NCBI GenBank assembly: GCA_049290615.1
Contig: JBATNZ010000172.1
Location: 18,548 to 50,547 of the forward strand
DNA length: 32,000 bases
Reading direction: 5' to 3'
From: Candidatus Contendobacter sp.
GTDB lineage: Bacteria > Pseudomonadota > Gammaproteobacteria > Competibacterales > Competibacteraceae
The notes under the pieces were generated by a model. The model saw only the letters and a list, made by a program, of their open reading frames with translations. It did not search any database and was not told the origin of the DNA. This document shows positions 7,965 through 16,873 of the stretch, one piece after another. The translations under genes and the position numbers were made by a program. How positions within the stretch are numbered: the stretch's first letter is position 1; the number at the start of each line of letters is the position of its first letter.

Positions 7965-8981
7965 ATGAAGCAAGCCCTGAAAATCGGGTTGCGGACCCTG
8001 ATCGCCGCGCCGTTGCTGGCTGGGTTAGCCCTGAGCGCCCAGGCCGCCGAGAAAGTCACCATCGCCTACCAGACGACGGTTGAACCGTCCAAGGTGGCCC
8101 AAGCCGATGGCGCTTATGAGAAGGCCACCGGCTGGAGCATCGACTGGCGCAAGTTCGACACCGGCGCGGAGGTGATCGCCGCCGTGGCGTCCGGCGACGT
8201 ACAAATCGGTTATGTCGGCTCCAGCCCGCTGGCCGCCGCCGCCTCGCACCAGTTGCCGATTGAAACCTTCTTCATCGCGGTCCAGATCGGGGCATCGGAA
8301 GCGCTGGTGGTGCGCGACAAAGCCGGCATCGTCAAACCGCAAGATCTGGTGGGCAAAAAAATCGCCGTGCCTTTCGTCTCCACCACCCACTACAGCCTGC
8401 TGGCGGCGCTCAAGCACTGGGGGATCAATCCCAAGGACGTGCAAATCCTGAATCTGCGCCCGCCGGAAATCTCGGCGGCCTGGGAACGTGGCGACATCGA
8501 CGCCGCCTACGTGTGGGACCCGGCGCTCGGCAAACTCAAGGCGTCGGGCAAGGTACTGACCGATTCGGCGCAAGTGGCGCAATGGGGCGCGCCGACCTTC
8601 GACGCCTGGATCGTGCGCCGCGATTTCGCCGAAAAACATCCGAAATTTGTCCAGGAGTTCGCGCGGGTGACGGCGGAAGCTTATGCCGCGTACCGCGCCA
8701 ACCCCAACGCCTGGGGGGTCAAGTCGCCGCAGGCCGCCAAGATCGCCAAGCTGACCGGAGCCAATCTGGACGAAATTCCGGAGCTACTGGCCGGCAGCAC
8801 CTTCCCGCTGGCCAAGGAACAAGTCGGCGCGGCATTGTTGGGCGGCGGCACCGTCAAGGCGATTGCCGATACCGCCGCTTTCCTCAAGGAGCAAGGCAAG
8901 GTGGAAAGCGTGCTCGGCGATTACAGCGGCTACGTCAATCCCCGGTTCGTCAAGGCCGCCCAGACCCAGGCCAAACTGTAA
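7965..8981 (+). CDS. tauA: Taurine ABC transporter periplasmic binding protein
   Basis: Signal peptide (ALSAQA/AEK) and long colinear similarity to E. coli TauA as I remember it (VAQAD, DWRKFD.GA, SGDVQIG..GSSPLA.AAS, AVPF.STTHYSLLAALKHWGI, GDID.AYVW.PA, GKVLTDS.QV.QWGAPT.D.W.VR.DFAEKHP). Confidence 0.95.
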   Translation: MKQALKIGLRTLIAAPLLAGLALSAQAAEKVTIAYQTTVEPSKVAQADGAYEKATGWSIDWRKFDTGAEVIAAVASGDVQIGYVGSSPLAAAASHQLPIETFFIAVQIGASEALVVRDKAGIVKPQDLVGKKIAVPFVSTTHYSLLAALKHWGINPKDVQILNLRPPEISAAWERGDIDAAYVWDPALGKLKASGKVLTDSAQVAQWGAPTFDAWIVRRDFAEKHPKFVQEFARVTAEAYAAYRANPNAWGVKSPQAAKIAKLTGANLDEIPELLAGSTFPLAKEQVGAALLGGGTVKAIADTAAFLKEQGKVESVLGDYSGYVNPRFVKAAQTQAKL

Positions 8982-9005
8982 CCGAACGGCGGTGGGGAAA
9001 TCGTC

Positions 9006-9803
9006 ATGGCGGAATTGCGCGTCGAGAGAGCCGCCGCCGTCTATTCGGGGCGAAATGGGCCGGTCACGGTGTTCGAGAATCTGTCGCTGACCGTGGGCGC
9101 CGGGCGATTCATCGTGGCTCTGGGCGCGTCCGGTTGCGGCAAGACCACGCTGTTGAACCTGATGGCCGGGTTTCTGCGCCCCAACGCCGGGCGGATCGCC
9201 CTGAACGAGCGCGAGGTGCAGGGGCCGGGGGCGGAGCGCGGCGTGGTGTTCCAGCATGACGCCCTGTTCCCTTGGCTCAACGTGCTGGATAACGTGGCGT
9301 TCAGCCTGCGGTTGCGCGGAACTCCGGCGCGAGAACGCCAGGAACGCGCCCGCGCCGCGCTGGCGCTGGTCGGCCTGGCCGGCTTCGACCGCCATCACGT
9401 CTGGGAATTGTCGGGCGGGATGCGGCAACGAGTTGGGTTGGCGCGGGCGTTGACCGCCGATCCGCAAGTGCTGTTGCTGGACGAACCCCTCGGCGCGCTC
9501 GACGCCCTGACCCGCGAACAGATGCAGGAACTGTTGTTGACCGTGTGGGGGCAGACCGGCAAGACGCTGTTCATGATCACTCACGGCATTGAAGAGGCGC
9601 TGTTGCTGGCGACCGATTTAATCATTTTGTCGCCGCGCCCGGCCCGCATCGCCGAAACGCTGACGCTGGATTTTGGCCGCCGCTATCTGGCCGGAGAAGC
9701 AGCGCGGCAGCTCAAGGCCGACCCCGCCTTCGTGGCCCTGCGGGAGCGGGTCACCCGCACCTTGTTCGCCTACAACACCCAGGAAGAATTCGCCGATGTC
9801 TGA
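9006..9803 (+). CDS. tauB: Taurine ABC transporter ATP-binding protein
   Basis: Walker [29 protein letters not shown], signature [15 protein letters not shown] and Walker [14 protein letters not shown]. The sequence is colinear with E. coli TauB, including the C-terminal [13 protein letters not shown]. Confidence 0.93.
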   Translation: MAELRVERAAAVYSGRNGPVTVFENLSLTVGAGRFIVALGASGCGKTTLLNLMAGFLRPNAGRIALNEREVQGPGAERGVVFQHDALFPWLNVLDNVAFSLRLRGTPARERQERARAALALVGLAGFDRHHVWELSGGMRQRVGLARALTADPQVLLLDEPLGALDALTREQMQELLLTVWGQTGKTLFMITHGIEEALLLATDLIILSPRPARIAETLTLDFGRRYLAGEAARQLKADPAFVALRERVTRTLFAYNTQEEFADV

Positions 9804-10686
9804 GTTCGACGCCGAAGTGTTAGTTTTCCCGGCGGTGGAACTGCCTGGAGAAGTCGATGCGCTGACCCTCCCGGCGGCAGCGATTCCGCAGCACCCTCGA
9901 CCCCTGCCGTGGCGGCGCTGGCTGGCGCAGCCGCGCCTGCTGTCGCTGGCGACCGTGGTGGCGTTGTTGGCCCTCTGGTGGCTGGTCACCGCCCTGCAAC
10001 TCGTGCCGCCGCTGTTTCTGCCTTCCCCCCAGGCCGTGCTCGGCAAGCTGTATCGAGTCGCGACCGACGGCTACATGGATGCCACGCTTTGGCAACATCT
10101 GAGCGCGAGCCTGGCGCGCGTCGCCGTCGCCTTGCTGGCCGCCAGCCTGACCGCAATCCCCCTGGGCATCCTGCTGGGCCGCAGTCGCCGCGCCCGCGCC
10201 ATTGGCGATCCGATCATCGAGTTCTACCGCCCGTTACCGCCGTTGGCCTACCTGCCGCTGATCGTCATCTGGTTCGGCATCGGCGAGCTATCGAAAATCT
10301 TGCTGATTTATCTGGCGATTTTTGCCCCAGTCGTCATTTCCACCATGGCGGGCGTCAACGCCGTCGCCCCCGACCGCCTGCGGGCGGCGCAAGCCCTGGG
10401 CGCCAACCCGCGCCAATTGCTCTGGTATGTGGTGCTGCCCAGCGCGCTGCCCGACATCCTGACCGGTATTCGCATTGGCTTGGGCACCGGTTGGTCCACC
10501 CTGGTGGCCGCCGAACTCATCGCCGCCACTCAGGGACTGGGGTTCATGGTGCAGTCGGCGGCCAACTTCCTGGTCACCGACGTGGTGGTGCTGGGCATTC
10601 TGGTGATCGGCGCGGTGGCGGTGGGACTGGAATTGCTGATTCGCGCCCTGCAACGGCGGCTGACCCCTTGGCAGGGCCAGGTTTGA
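9796..10686 (+). CDS. tauC: Taurine ABC transporter permease
   Basis: ATG at 9796 overlaps the tauB stop (9801-9803). The polypeptide is hydrophobic with a binding-protein-dependent permease core ([33 protein letters not shown]). The longer ORF-track start at 9673 lies inside tauB and is rejected. Confidence 0.9.
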   Translation: MSEFDAEVLVFPAVELPGEVDALTLPAAAIPQHPRPLPWRRWLAQPRLLSLATVVALLALWWLVTALQLVPPLFLPSPQAVLGKLYRVATDGYMDATLWQHLSASLARVAVALLAASLTAIPLGILLGRSRRARAIGDPIIEFYRPLPPLAYLPLIVIWFGIGELSKILLIYLAIFAPVVISTMAGVNAVAPDRLRAAQALGANPRQLLWYVVLPSALPDILTGIRIGLGTGWSTLVAAELIAATQGLGFMVQSAANFLVTDVVVLGILVIGAVAVGLELLIRALQRRLTPWQGQV

Positions 10687-10748
10687 TGCATCGCGGACAA
10701 ACACAAACAACCACCGATAAAACTCTCTTGCCTCCAGAGGAAACCACC

Positions 10749-11336
10749 ATGTTCGTTCTCGCGATAGCCGGCAGCCCACGAGAAGATTCGCGGTCGCGCC
10801 GCCTGCTCGATTTCGCCGCGCGCGAACTCGACGTTCGGGGAATCGCCGTGCGCCTGATCAGCGTTCGCGATCTGCCGGCCGCCGACCTCCTACATGCCCG
10901 CTTCGACAGCCCTGCCCTGCGCGAGGCGGCGGCGCTGGTGGAGCGCGCCGCCGGCGTCCTCGTCGCCACCCCGGTTTACCAAGCGGCTTATAGCGGCATC
11001 CTCAAGGCATTTCTCGACTTGCTGCCCCAACGCGCGCTGAGCGGCAAAGTCGTTTTACCGATCGTCACCGGTGGCAGCGCCGCTCACATGCTGGCTCTGG
11101 ATTACAGCTTGAAGCCGGTGCTCGCCGCTCTCGGCGCTCACCCTGTGCTGGCCGGGTTGTACGCTCTCGATTCCCAAATCGCCTGGTCACCCGAGCAGGG
11201 CTTGTGGCTTGCTCCGGAGATCGTCGACCGTCTCCAGGATGGATTGAAGCACTTGCGACACAGTCTCGGCTGGTTGGCGCCAGCATCAACCTCTATCCAC
11301 AGCCCCGCCGAAATCGAATGTCTGGTGGCGGGTTGA
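10749..11336 (+). CDS. ssuE: NAD(P)H-dependent FMN reductase
   Basis: The last 195 codons of the 9909-11336 ORF, beginning MFVLAIAGSPREDSRSRRLL. They include VATPVYQAAYSGILKAFLDLLP and LPIVTGGSAAHMLALDYSLKPVL, typical of SsuE. The gene sits immediately 5' of ssuADCB. Confidence 0.85.
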   Translation: MFVLAIAGSPREDSRSRRLLDFAARELDVRGIAVRLISVRDLPAADLLHARFDSPALREAAALVERAAGVLVATPVYQAAYSGILKAFLDLLPQRALSGKVVLPIVTGGSAAHMLALDYSLKPVLAALGAHPVLAGLYALDSQIAWSPEQGLWLAPEIVDRLQDGLKHLRHSLGWLAPASTSIHSPAEIECLVAG

Positions 11337-11388
11337 TCTATTTATCTCATTTTTCAATAAGATATGATACAACCAAGGAGTACTTTGC

Positions 11389-12360
11389 ATGATTAAGAAC
11401 CCCGAACGTCGTTTCCTCGCCCTGTTTGTTGGTTGGGCATTCCTCGCCCTGGCGTTGGCACTGCCGGCCGGCGCGCAACCGGCCGACAGCGCTCAGCAGT
11501 TGCGCATCGGCTTTCAGAAATCCGCCAGCCTGCTGACGTTGTTGAAATCGCAGGGCACCTTGGAAAAGCGCCTCGCCCCGCTGAAGGTGGAGGTCAAATG
11601 GATCGAGTTTCCCGCCGGTCCGCAACTGCTGGAAGGTCTGAACGTCGGTTCGATCGACTTCGGTTACGTGGGCGAAGCGCCGCCGATCTTCGCGCAGGCG
11701 GCCGGCGCGAACTTCGTCTACGTCGGCTACGAGTCTCCGGCGCCCGCCGCCGAGGCAATCCTGGTACCGAAAGATTCGCCGATCCGATCAGTAGCCGACC
11801 TGAAGGGCAAAAAGGTCGCGCTGAACAAAGGCTCCAACGTCCATTACCTGCTGGTCAAACTGCTGGAAAAGCACGGCCTCAAGTACGGCGACATCGAACC
11901 GGTCTTCCTGCCTCCGGCCGACGCCCGCGCCGCCTTCGAACGCGGTGCGGTGAACGCTTGGGTGATCTGGGACCCGTTCCAGGCCGCCGCCGAAAAGCAG
12001 ATCGGCGCCCGGTTGCTGGCCGACGGCAAAGGGGTGGTCAACAACCACGCCTTTTTCCTGGCGGCGCGCGACTACGCCGAACGCCACCCGGACGTGGTCA
12101 AGCTGCTGTTCGAGGTGCTGCCGGCGCAGGGGCAGTGGATTATCAAGAACCACAAGGACGCCGCCGTAGCGCTGGCCCCGCTGCAGGGACTGGACCCGGC
12201 GGTCATCGAACTCAGCCTGCAACGCTACAGCCACGACGTCCATCCGATCTCGGACGCGGTGCTGACCGAGCAGCAGAAGATTGCCGACGTCTTCTTCGAT
12301 CTCAAGCTGATTCCAAAGCCGATCAACGTCAAGGACGCGGTCCTGAAATCCAAGCCTTGA
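11389..12360 (+). CDS. ssuA: Aliphatic sulfonate ABC transporter periplasmic binding protein
   Basis: AAGGAG ribosome-binding site and a signal peptide (ALPAGA/QPA). SsuA-like motifs: LRIGFQKS, VKWIEFPAGPQLLEGLNVGSIDFGYVGEAPP, GKKVALNKGSNVHYLL. Confidence 0.9.
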   Translation: MIKNPERRFLALFVGWAFLALALALPAGAQPADSAQQLRIGFQKSASLLTLLKSQGTLEKRLAPLKVEVKWIEFPAGPQLLEGLNVGSIDFGYVGEAPPIFAQAAGANFVYVGYESPAPAAEAILVPKDSPIRSVADLKGKKVALNKGSNVHYLLVKLLEKHGLKYGDIEPVFLPPADARAAFERGAVNAWVIWDPFQAAAEKQIGARLLADGKGVVNNHAFFLAARDYAERHPDVVKLLFEVLPAQGQWIIKNHKDAAVALAPLQGLDPAVIELSLQRYSHDVHPISDAVLTEQQKIADVFFDLKLIPKPINVKDAVLKSKP

Positions 12361-12372
12361 GAAGGATCACCC

Positions 12373-13515
12373 ATGCAAGTCTTCTGGTTTATCCCGACTC
12401 ACGGCGACAGCCGCTATCTCGGCACGACTCAGGGCGCGCGGGTCGCGAATCACGCCTATTTCAAACAGATCGCCCAAGCCGCCGATGCCCTGGGCTACGA
12501 CGGCGTGCTGATTCCCACCGGGCGGTCCTGCGAGGACCCCTGGGTAGTGGCCGCCAGCCTGATTCCGGTCACGGAACGGTTGCGCTTTCTGGTGGCCGTC
12601 CGACCGGGGCTGAGTTCGCCCAGTCTGGCGGCGCGGATGACCGCCACTTTCGACCGGCTTTCCAACGGACGGCTGTTGATCAACATCGTGACCGGCGGCG
12701 ACCCGGTGGAACTGGCCGGCGATGGCTTGTTCCTCAGCCACGACGAGCGCTACGAAGTCACGGACGAATTCCTGCGCGTCTGGCGCGGCGTGCTCGCCGG
12801 CGAAACCGTGGATTTCGAGGGCAAACATCTGCGCGCCCAAGGCGCTCAAGTGTTCTTTCCGCCCGTGCAGCAACCCTACCCGCCCTTGTATTTCGGCGGC
12901 TCCTCGCCCGCCGCCCACGAACTCGCCGCCGAACAACTGGATGTCTACCTCACCTGGGGTGAGCCGCCGGCGGCGGTGGCGGAAAAGATCGCGGACGTTC
13001 GGGCGCGCGCCGCCCGATACGGACGCCGTTTGCGCTTCGGTATCCGCCTGCACGTGATCGTGCGGGAAACCAACGCCGAAGCCTGGGCCGCGGCGGATCG
13101 ACTGATCCGGCATCTCGACAACGACACCATCGCCCGCGCGCAGCAGGCGTTCGGGCGGATGGATTCGGAGGGGCAACGGCGCATGGCCGCCCTGCACAAC
13201 GGCCGGCGCGACCAGTTGGAAATCAGTCCGAATCTGTGGGCCGGCGTCGGTCTGGTGCGCGGCGGGGCGGGTACCGCCCTGGTCGGCGATCCCGAAACGG
13301 TGGTGGCACGGATACAGGAATACGCGGACCTCGGGATCGAGACCTTCATCTTCTCCGGTTACCCGCATCTGGAAGAGACCTACCGCGTGGCCGAACTGCT
13401 GTTCCCGTTGCTGCCCGACAGACAGCACGCCCAACCACTACCGGGACAGCATCTGACCGGGCCGTTCGGCGAAGTGGTCGCCAATCATTACCTGCCCAAG
13501 GTGGCGCAGGGCTAA
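12373..13515 (+). CDS. ssuD: FMNH2-dependent alkanesulfonate monooxygenase
   Basis: The N-terminus [18 protein letters not shown]...[47 protein letters not shown] is near-colinear with E. coli SsuD. Confidence 0.95.
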   Translation: MQVFWFIPTHGDSRYLGTTQGARVANHAYFKQIAQAADALGYDGVLIPTGRSCEDPWVVAASLIPVTERLRFLVAVRPGLSSPSLAARMTATFDRLSNGRLLINIVTGGDPVELAGDGLFLSHDERYEVTDEFLRVWRGVLAGETVDFEGKHLRAQGAQVFFPPVQQPYPPLYFGGSSPAAHELAAEQLDVYLTWGEPPAAVAEKIADVRARAARYGRRLRFGIRLHVIVRETNAEAWAAADRLIRHLDNDTIARAQQAFGRMDSEGQRRMAALHNGRRDQLEISPNLWAGVGLVRGGAGTALVGDPETVVARIQEYADLGIETFIFSGYPHLEETYRVAELLFPLLPDRQHAQPLPGQHLTGPFGEVVANHYLPKVAQG

Positions 13516-13539
13516 ATGACGCGAGCAGAAGGAGCGCGC

Positions 13540-14325
13540 ATGACGCTATCAATCCGCCATCTCCCATGGCGCGGGTTGCTGCCCTGGGCCTTGCCGATCT
13601 TCATTCTGGTGGCGTGGCAGTTGTCGGCGCAATGGGGCTGGCTATCGACCCGCATCCTGCCGGAGCCGTTGGCGGTGGCCAAGGCAGCGGTCGCCCTGAC
13701 CTTATCCGGCGAACTATTCACTCACGTGCGCATCAGCGCCGGGCGCGCGCTGGCTGGGTTCGCCCTCGGCGGCGGACTGGGTTTGTTGTTCGGGTTGCTG
13801 AATGGTTCGTTCAGAAACGCGGAAACGCTGTTCGATTCGACCATTCAGATGATCCGCAACATCCCGCCGCTGGCGCTGATTCCCCTGGTGATCCTGTGGT
13901 TCGGGATCGAAGAGAGCGCCAAGCTGTTCCTGGTTTCGCTCGGCGTCTTTTTCCCCATCTACATCAACACCTTTCACGGCATCCGCACGGTCGATCCGGG
14001 CTTGATCGAAATGGGCCGGGCCTATGGGCTGTCGGGCTGGCGCCTGTACCGCGAGGTGATTCTGCCGGGCGCGTTGCCGTCGATTCTGGTGGGGGTGCGG
14101 TTTTCGCTCGGCTTCATGTGGGTGATTTTAATCGTCGCGGAAACGATCTCGGCCCAGGCGGGCATCGGCTACATGACGATGAACGCCCGGGAATTTTTGC
14201 AAACCGACGTGGTGTTGCTCGGCATTTTGCTTTACGCCCTGCTCGGCAAGCTGGCGGACGGGGTCGCTAAGGGATCGGAGCGCTACTGGCTGCGCTGGCA
14301 CCCCAGCTATCAGCCGATCCGATGA
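13540..14325 (+). CDS. ssuC: Aliphatic sulfonate ABC transporter permease
   Basis: GAAGGAG lies 5 nt upstream of the ATG at 13540; the alternative ATG at 13516 abuts the ssuD stop. Permease core: [33 protein letters not shown]. Confidence 0.9.
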   Translation: MTLSIRHLPWRGLLPWALPIFILVAWQLSAQWGWLSTRILPEPLAVAKAAVALTLSGELFTHVRISAGRALAGFALGGGLGLLFGLLNGSFRNAETLFDSTIQMIRNIPPLALIPLVILWFGIEESAKLFLVSLGVFFPIYINTFHGIRTVDPGLIEMGRAYGLSGWRLYREVILPGALPSILVGVRFSLGFMWVILIVAETISAQAGIGYMTMNAREFLQTDVVLLGILLYALLGKLADGVAKGSERYWLRWHPSYQPIR

Positions 14326-14377
14326 CCGGGAACGCCCGTTGCTCGAATCGGCATCCACTTCGAGGAAGAACGCCGCC

Positions 14378-15226
14378 ATGTACTTGAATCCGAACGAATG
14401 GGCCGCAACGCCGCCGGGCGCCGCCACGGAAAGGCCGCCGGGTGTCCGGTTGCAGGTGGAGGGGCTGACGAAAGGCTACGCCGGGCGTGGCGTGCTCGCC
14501 GGATTCGACCTTGCGGTGGATCGCGGAGAATTTACGGCCATCGTCGGCCGCAGTGGCTGCGGCAAGAGCACCCTGTTGCGGCTGGTCGCGGGTTTGGAGC
14601 GGCCGGAACACGGCACCGTTTGCTACGACGGTGTCCCGCAAAACGGTATCCCCCCGACCATGCGGCTCATGTTTCAGGACGCACGCCTGCTGCCGTGGCG
14701 GCGCGTGCTCGCCAACGTCGCGCTCGGCTTGCCCAAGACGGAGCATCCGCACGCACGGGCCGTCCTGGAGCAGGTGGGATTGGGCGAACGCGCCGCCGAT
14801 TGGCCCGCCGTCCTGTCCGGCGGGCAACGCCAGCGGGTGGCGCTGGCGCGCGCCCTGGTGCATGACCCCGGTTTGTTGCTGCTGGACGAACCGCTCGGCG
14901 CACTCGATGCGCTGACCCGCATCGAAATGCAGCAATTGCTCGAAAACCTGTGGCGGCAGCGCGGGTTTACCGCGCTGCTGGTCACTCACGACGTCGCCGA
15001 GGCGATTGCACTGGCCGACCGGGTAATTTTGATCGAACACGGACAAATTTCGCTGGATTTGCGCATCGATTTACCCCGACCCCGCGCTCGCGGCAGCGCC
15101 GTGTTTGCCGCCCTGGAAGAGCGGGTGTTGAACCGCGTGCTGCAACAACCCGACGTCGAGCCGGTCGGTCCCGTTACCGAACCGTCCGTATTGCAGGGTT
15201 TCAATGGGTTTCGCTGGGCCGTTTGA
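14378..15226 (+). CDS. ssuB: Aliphatic sulfonate ABC transporter ATP-binding protein
   Basis: Walker [18 protein letters not shown], signature [15 protein letters not shown] and Walker [15 protein letters not shown] chose the ATG at 14378 because GAGGAAG lies upstream; 14339 is also possible. Confidence 0.9.
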   Translation: MYLNPNEWAATPPGAATERPPGVRLQVEGLTKGYAGRGVLAGFDLAVDRGEFTAIVGRSGCGKSTLLRLVAGLERPEHGTVCYDGVPQNGIPPTMRLMFQDARLLPWRRVLANVALGLPKTEHPHARAVLEQVGLGERAADWPAVLSGGQRQRVALARALVHDPGLLLLDEPLGALDALTRIEMQQLLENLWRQRGFTALLVTHDVAEAIALADRVILIEHGQISLDLRIDLPRPRARGSAVFAALEERVLNRVLQQPDVEPVGPVTEPSVLQGFNGFRWAV

Positions 15227-15274
15227 ACGGCGCTGTCCGCCACTTTCTTCTCGTCCTCGATCAAGGAGAACACC

Positions 15275-15490
15275 ATGAGCATTCAAGCCATCAACGCCCG
15301 CAATCAATTTCGCGGCACCATCAAGGCCATCATCACCGGCCCCGTGGTTTCGGAGGTCGATGTCGAAACCCCGGCCGGCATCGTGACCTCGGTCATCACC
15401 ACCCGTTCAGTGGAAGATCTGGGGCTTGTCGTCGGTACCGAGGTGATCGCCTTCGTGAAGGCGACCGAAGTCGCCATCGCCAAACCATAA
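15275..15490 (+). CDS. ssuF: Small molybdopterin-binding (Mop/TOBE, molbindin-like) protein in the ssuF position
   Basis: 71-aa ORF with an AAGGAGA ribosome-binding site. The sequence (SARNQFRGTIKAI..GPV.SEV.VE...G..VTSVIT..S...L.L..G..V.A.VKA) fits the TOBE/Mop fold. Pseudomonas ssuEADCBF operons end with such a gene. Confidence 0.8.
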   Translation: MSIQAINARNQFRGTIKAIITGPVVSEVDVETPAGIVTSVITTRSVEDLGLVVGTEVIAFVKATEVAIAKP

Positions 15491-15592
15491 GCCACGACAA
15501 CACTACGTGATGGCGCGAGCGTTCTCGTCTGCTGTTTCCCGATACTTTCCAAATTGCGTCGCCCGCGGTCATTGGGGCGGCGTTATCCAGCA

Positions 15593-15627
15593 CACACGCT
15601 AAACCGCGTGTGCTTAACGGATTTTTT
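15593..15627 (+). terminator. Possible terminator hairpin after ssuF
   Basis: 7-bp stem CACACGC / GCGTGTG (15593-15599 / 15606-15612) with a 6-nt loop. A T6 run at 15622-15627 is separated from the stem by about 9 nt, so this is not a canonical intrinsic terminator. Confidence 0.3.
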
Positions 15628-15777
15628 CATAAAAAAATTAAAATTTATTCTTTAATAACCATCAATCGTGTCAATTATAGTAGATGTCAGGGAGCGGCCA
15701 TCGGCCCCACACTTCACCGTGGCGTACTGATGGCAGGCTGCTGATTTTATTCATGACTTTTGAGAAGGTGAGTGATC

Positions 15778-16662
15778 ATGAGTTTGGGAAGAAAAACAGG
15801 TTTGCTTGCAGTCATCCTGGCGGCGCTCGTTCTGGTCAACGGCGGCGCATTTGCGGAAAACCAAAAACTGGTTTTCGGGGTTGCGCCGGGGCCTTACGGC
15901 GACTTGATTCGTTTCGCCATCAAGCCGTTTCTGGAGAAAAAAGGCTACACCATTGAAATCAAGGAATTCAGCGATTATGTTCAGCCCAATCTGGCGCTGA
16001 ATAACGGCGATCTGGACGCCAATCTGTTTCAGCATGTCCGTTATTTAAGAAAGTTCTCCGCCGACAAGGGTCTTAGTTTGACCGAGGTCATCACGATTCC
16101 GACTGCGGGGCTAGGCATCTATTCCCGAAAGATCGAGGCTAAAAATGCCGATGAGTTGAAAACCAAGCTGAAAAAGGGCGACACCATCACGCTGGCGAAT
16201 GATCCGACTAACCTGGCCAGAGCGTTGGCGTTGTTGCAAAAAAATGGACTGATCACGATCAAGGGGACGATTGATCAAACCAAATCTTCGGAAAAGGATA
16301 TCGACCAAAACCTCTATGGTCTGGTGATTCAGCCCATTGAAGCGGCGCAATTGCCACGCTCGCTAGACAGCGTAACGCTCTCGGTGGTGAATGGCAATTA
16401 CGCCATTGCCGCCGGCATTCCGCTGGCGTCGGCGATCATCAAGGAAGAACTGGTGGAGGATTTGAAGAATCTGGTTGCGGTCAGGACGGCGGATATTGAT
16501 AAGCCCTTCGTCAAGGACATCAAGGATGTCATTCAGTCGGAGGACTTCAAGAATGTTGTTGAAGACCCGAAGCATGTATTTAAGGATTTTCAGCGGCCCG
16601 CCTGGTATATCGAGAAGTGGACAAAACCTAACCAAAAGGTGTCGTCGGCAGGAAAGAACTGA
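15778..16662 (+). CDS. metQ: Methionine (NlpA/MetQ-family) ABC transporter substrate-binding protein
   Basis: GAGAAGG lies 9 nt upstream of the ATG at 15778. MetQ-family motifs: FGVAPGPYGDL, EIKEFSDYVQPNLALNNGDLDANLFQH, ANDPTNLARALALL, VVNGNYA. The signal peptide ends AFA/ENQ and has no lipobox Cys. Confidence 0.9.
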   Translation: MSLGRKTGLLAVILAALVLVNGGAFAENQKLVFGVAPGPYGDLIRFAIKPFLEKKGYTIEIKEFSDYVQPNLALNNGDLDANLFQHVRYLRKFSADKGLSLTEVITIPTAGLGIYSRKIEAKNADELKTKLKKGDTITLANDPTNLARALALLQKNGLITIKGTIDQTKSSEKDIDQNLYGLVIQPIEAAQLPRSLDSVTLSVVNGNYAIAAGIPLASAIIKEELVEDLKNLVAVRTADIDKPFVKDIKDVIQSEDFKNVVEDPKHVFKDFQRPAWYIEKWTKPNQKVSSAGKN

Positions 16663-16734
16663 CTGCGGCTGCCCTACCACCGTTGCCGCTGCCCTGATTC
16701 AGCCTCGGCAACGGTAGCTTCATCTTCATGCTGA

Positions 16735-16842
16735 ATATTCGCCGGATTACTGACCGTCATCCTCATCGGTCTAGCGGTGGAGAATCTGATTTTCCGGGTC
16801 GTGGAAGCGCGCACTGTCTGCCGCTGGGAAATGCACGGCTGA
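16735..16842 (+). pseudogene. Relic of the C-terminus of a TauC/SsuC-type (NitT/TauT family) ABC permease
   Basis: Translation in the frame ending at TGA 16840-16842 gives IFAGLLTVILIGLAVENLIFRVVEARTVCRWEMHG. This matches the last TM helix plus the ..E.R...RW tail of the TauC/SsuC proteins in this window. An in-frame TGA at 16732-16734 precedes it and no start codon is present. Confidence 0.5.
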
Positions 16843-16873
16843 TCTACGCAAGATCATTCGCTGAAATCGCTCT

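Noticed and set aside
9673-9795. N-terminal extension of tauC in the ORF track
   Set aside because: It lies inside the 3' end of tauB. The ATG at 9796 gives the classic start-stop overlap and a protein of normal TauC length.
9909-10748. First 280 codons of the 475-aa ORF that ends as ssuE
   Set aside because: This part overlaps tauC in another frame and is Arg/Pro/Gly-rich. Only the last 195 codons (from ATG 10749) look like an FMN reductase.
11433-12962. 509-aa plus-strand ORF spanning ssuA and ssuD out of frame
   Set aside because: The translation is an Arg/Gly/Pro-rich low-complexity sequence typical of an off-frame reading of high-GC genes. It overlaps two genes with strong homology-like motifs.
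15628-15777. Possible SAM riboswitch or MetJ boxes upstream of metQ
   Set aside because: AGGGA and GGCCC elements are present (about 15690-15710), but the spacing and flanking helices do not fit the S-box consensus as I know it. There is only one weak AGATGTCA half-match to a Met box. Only a covariance-model scan could settle this.
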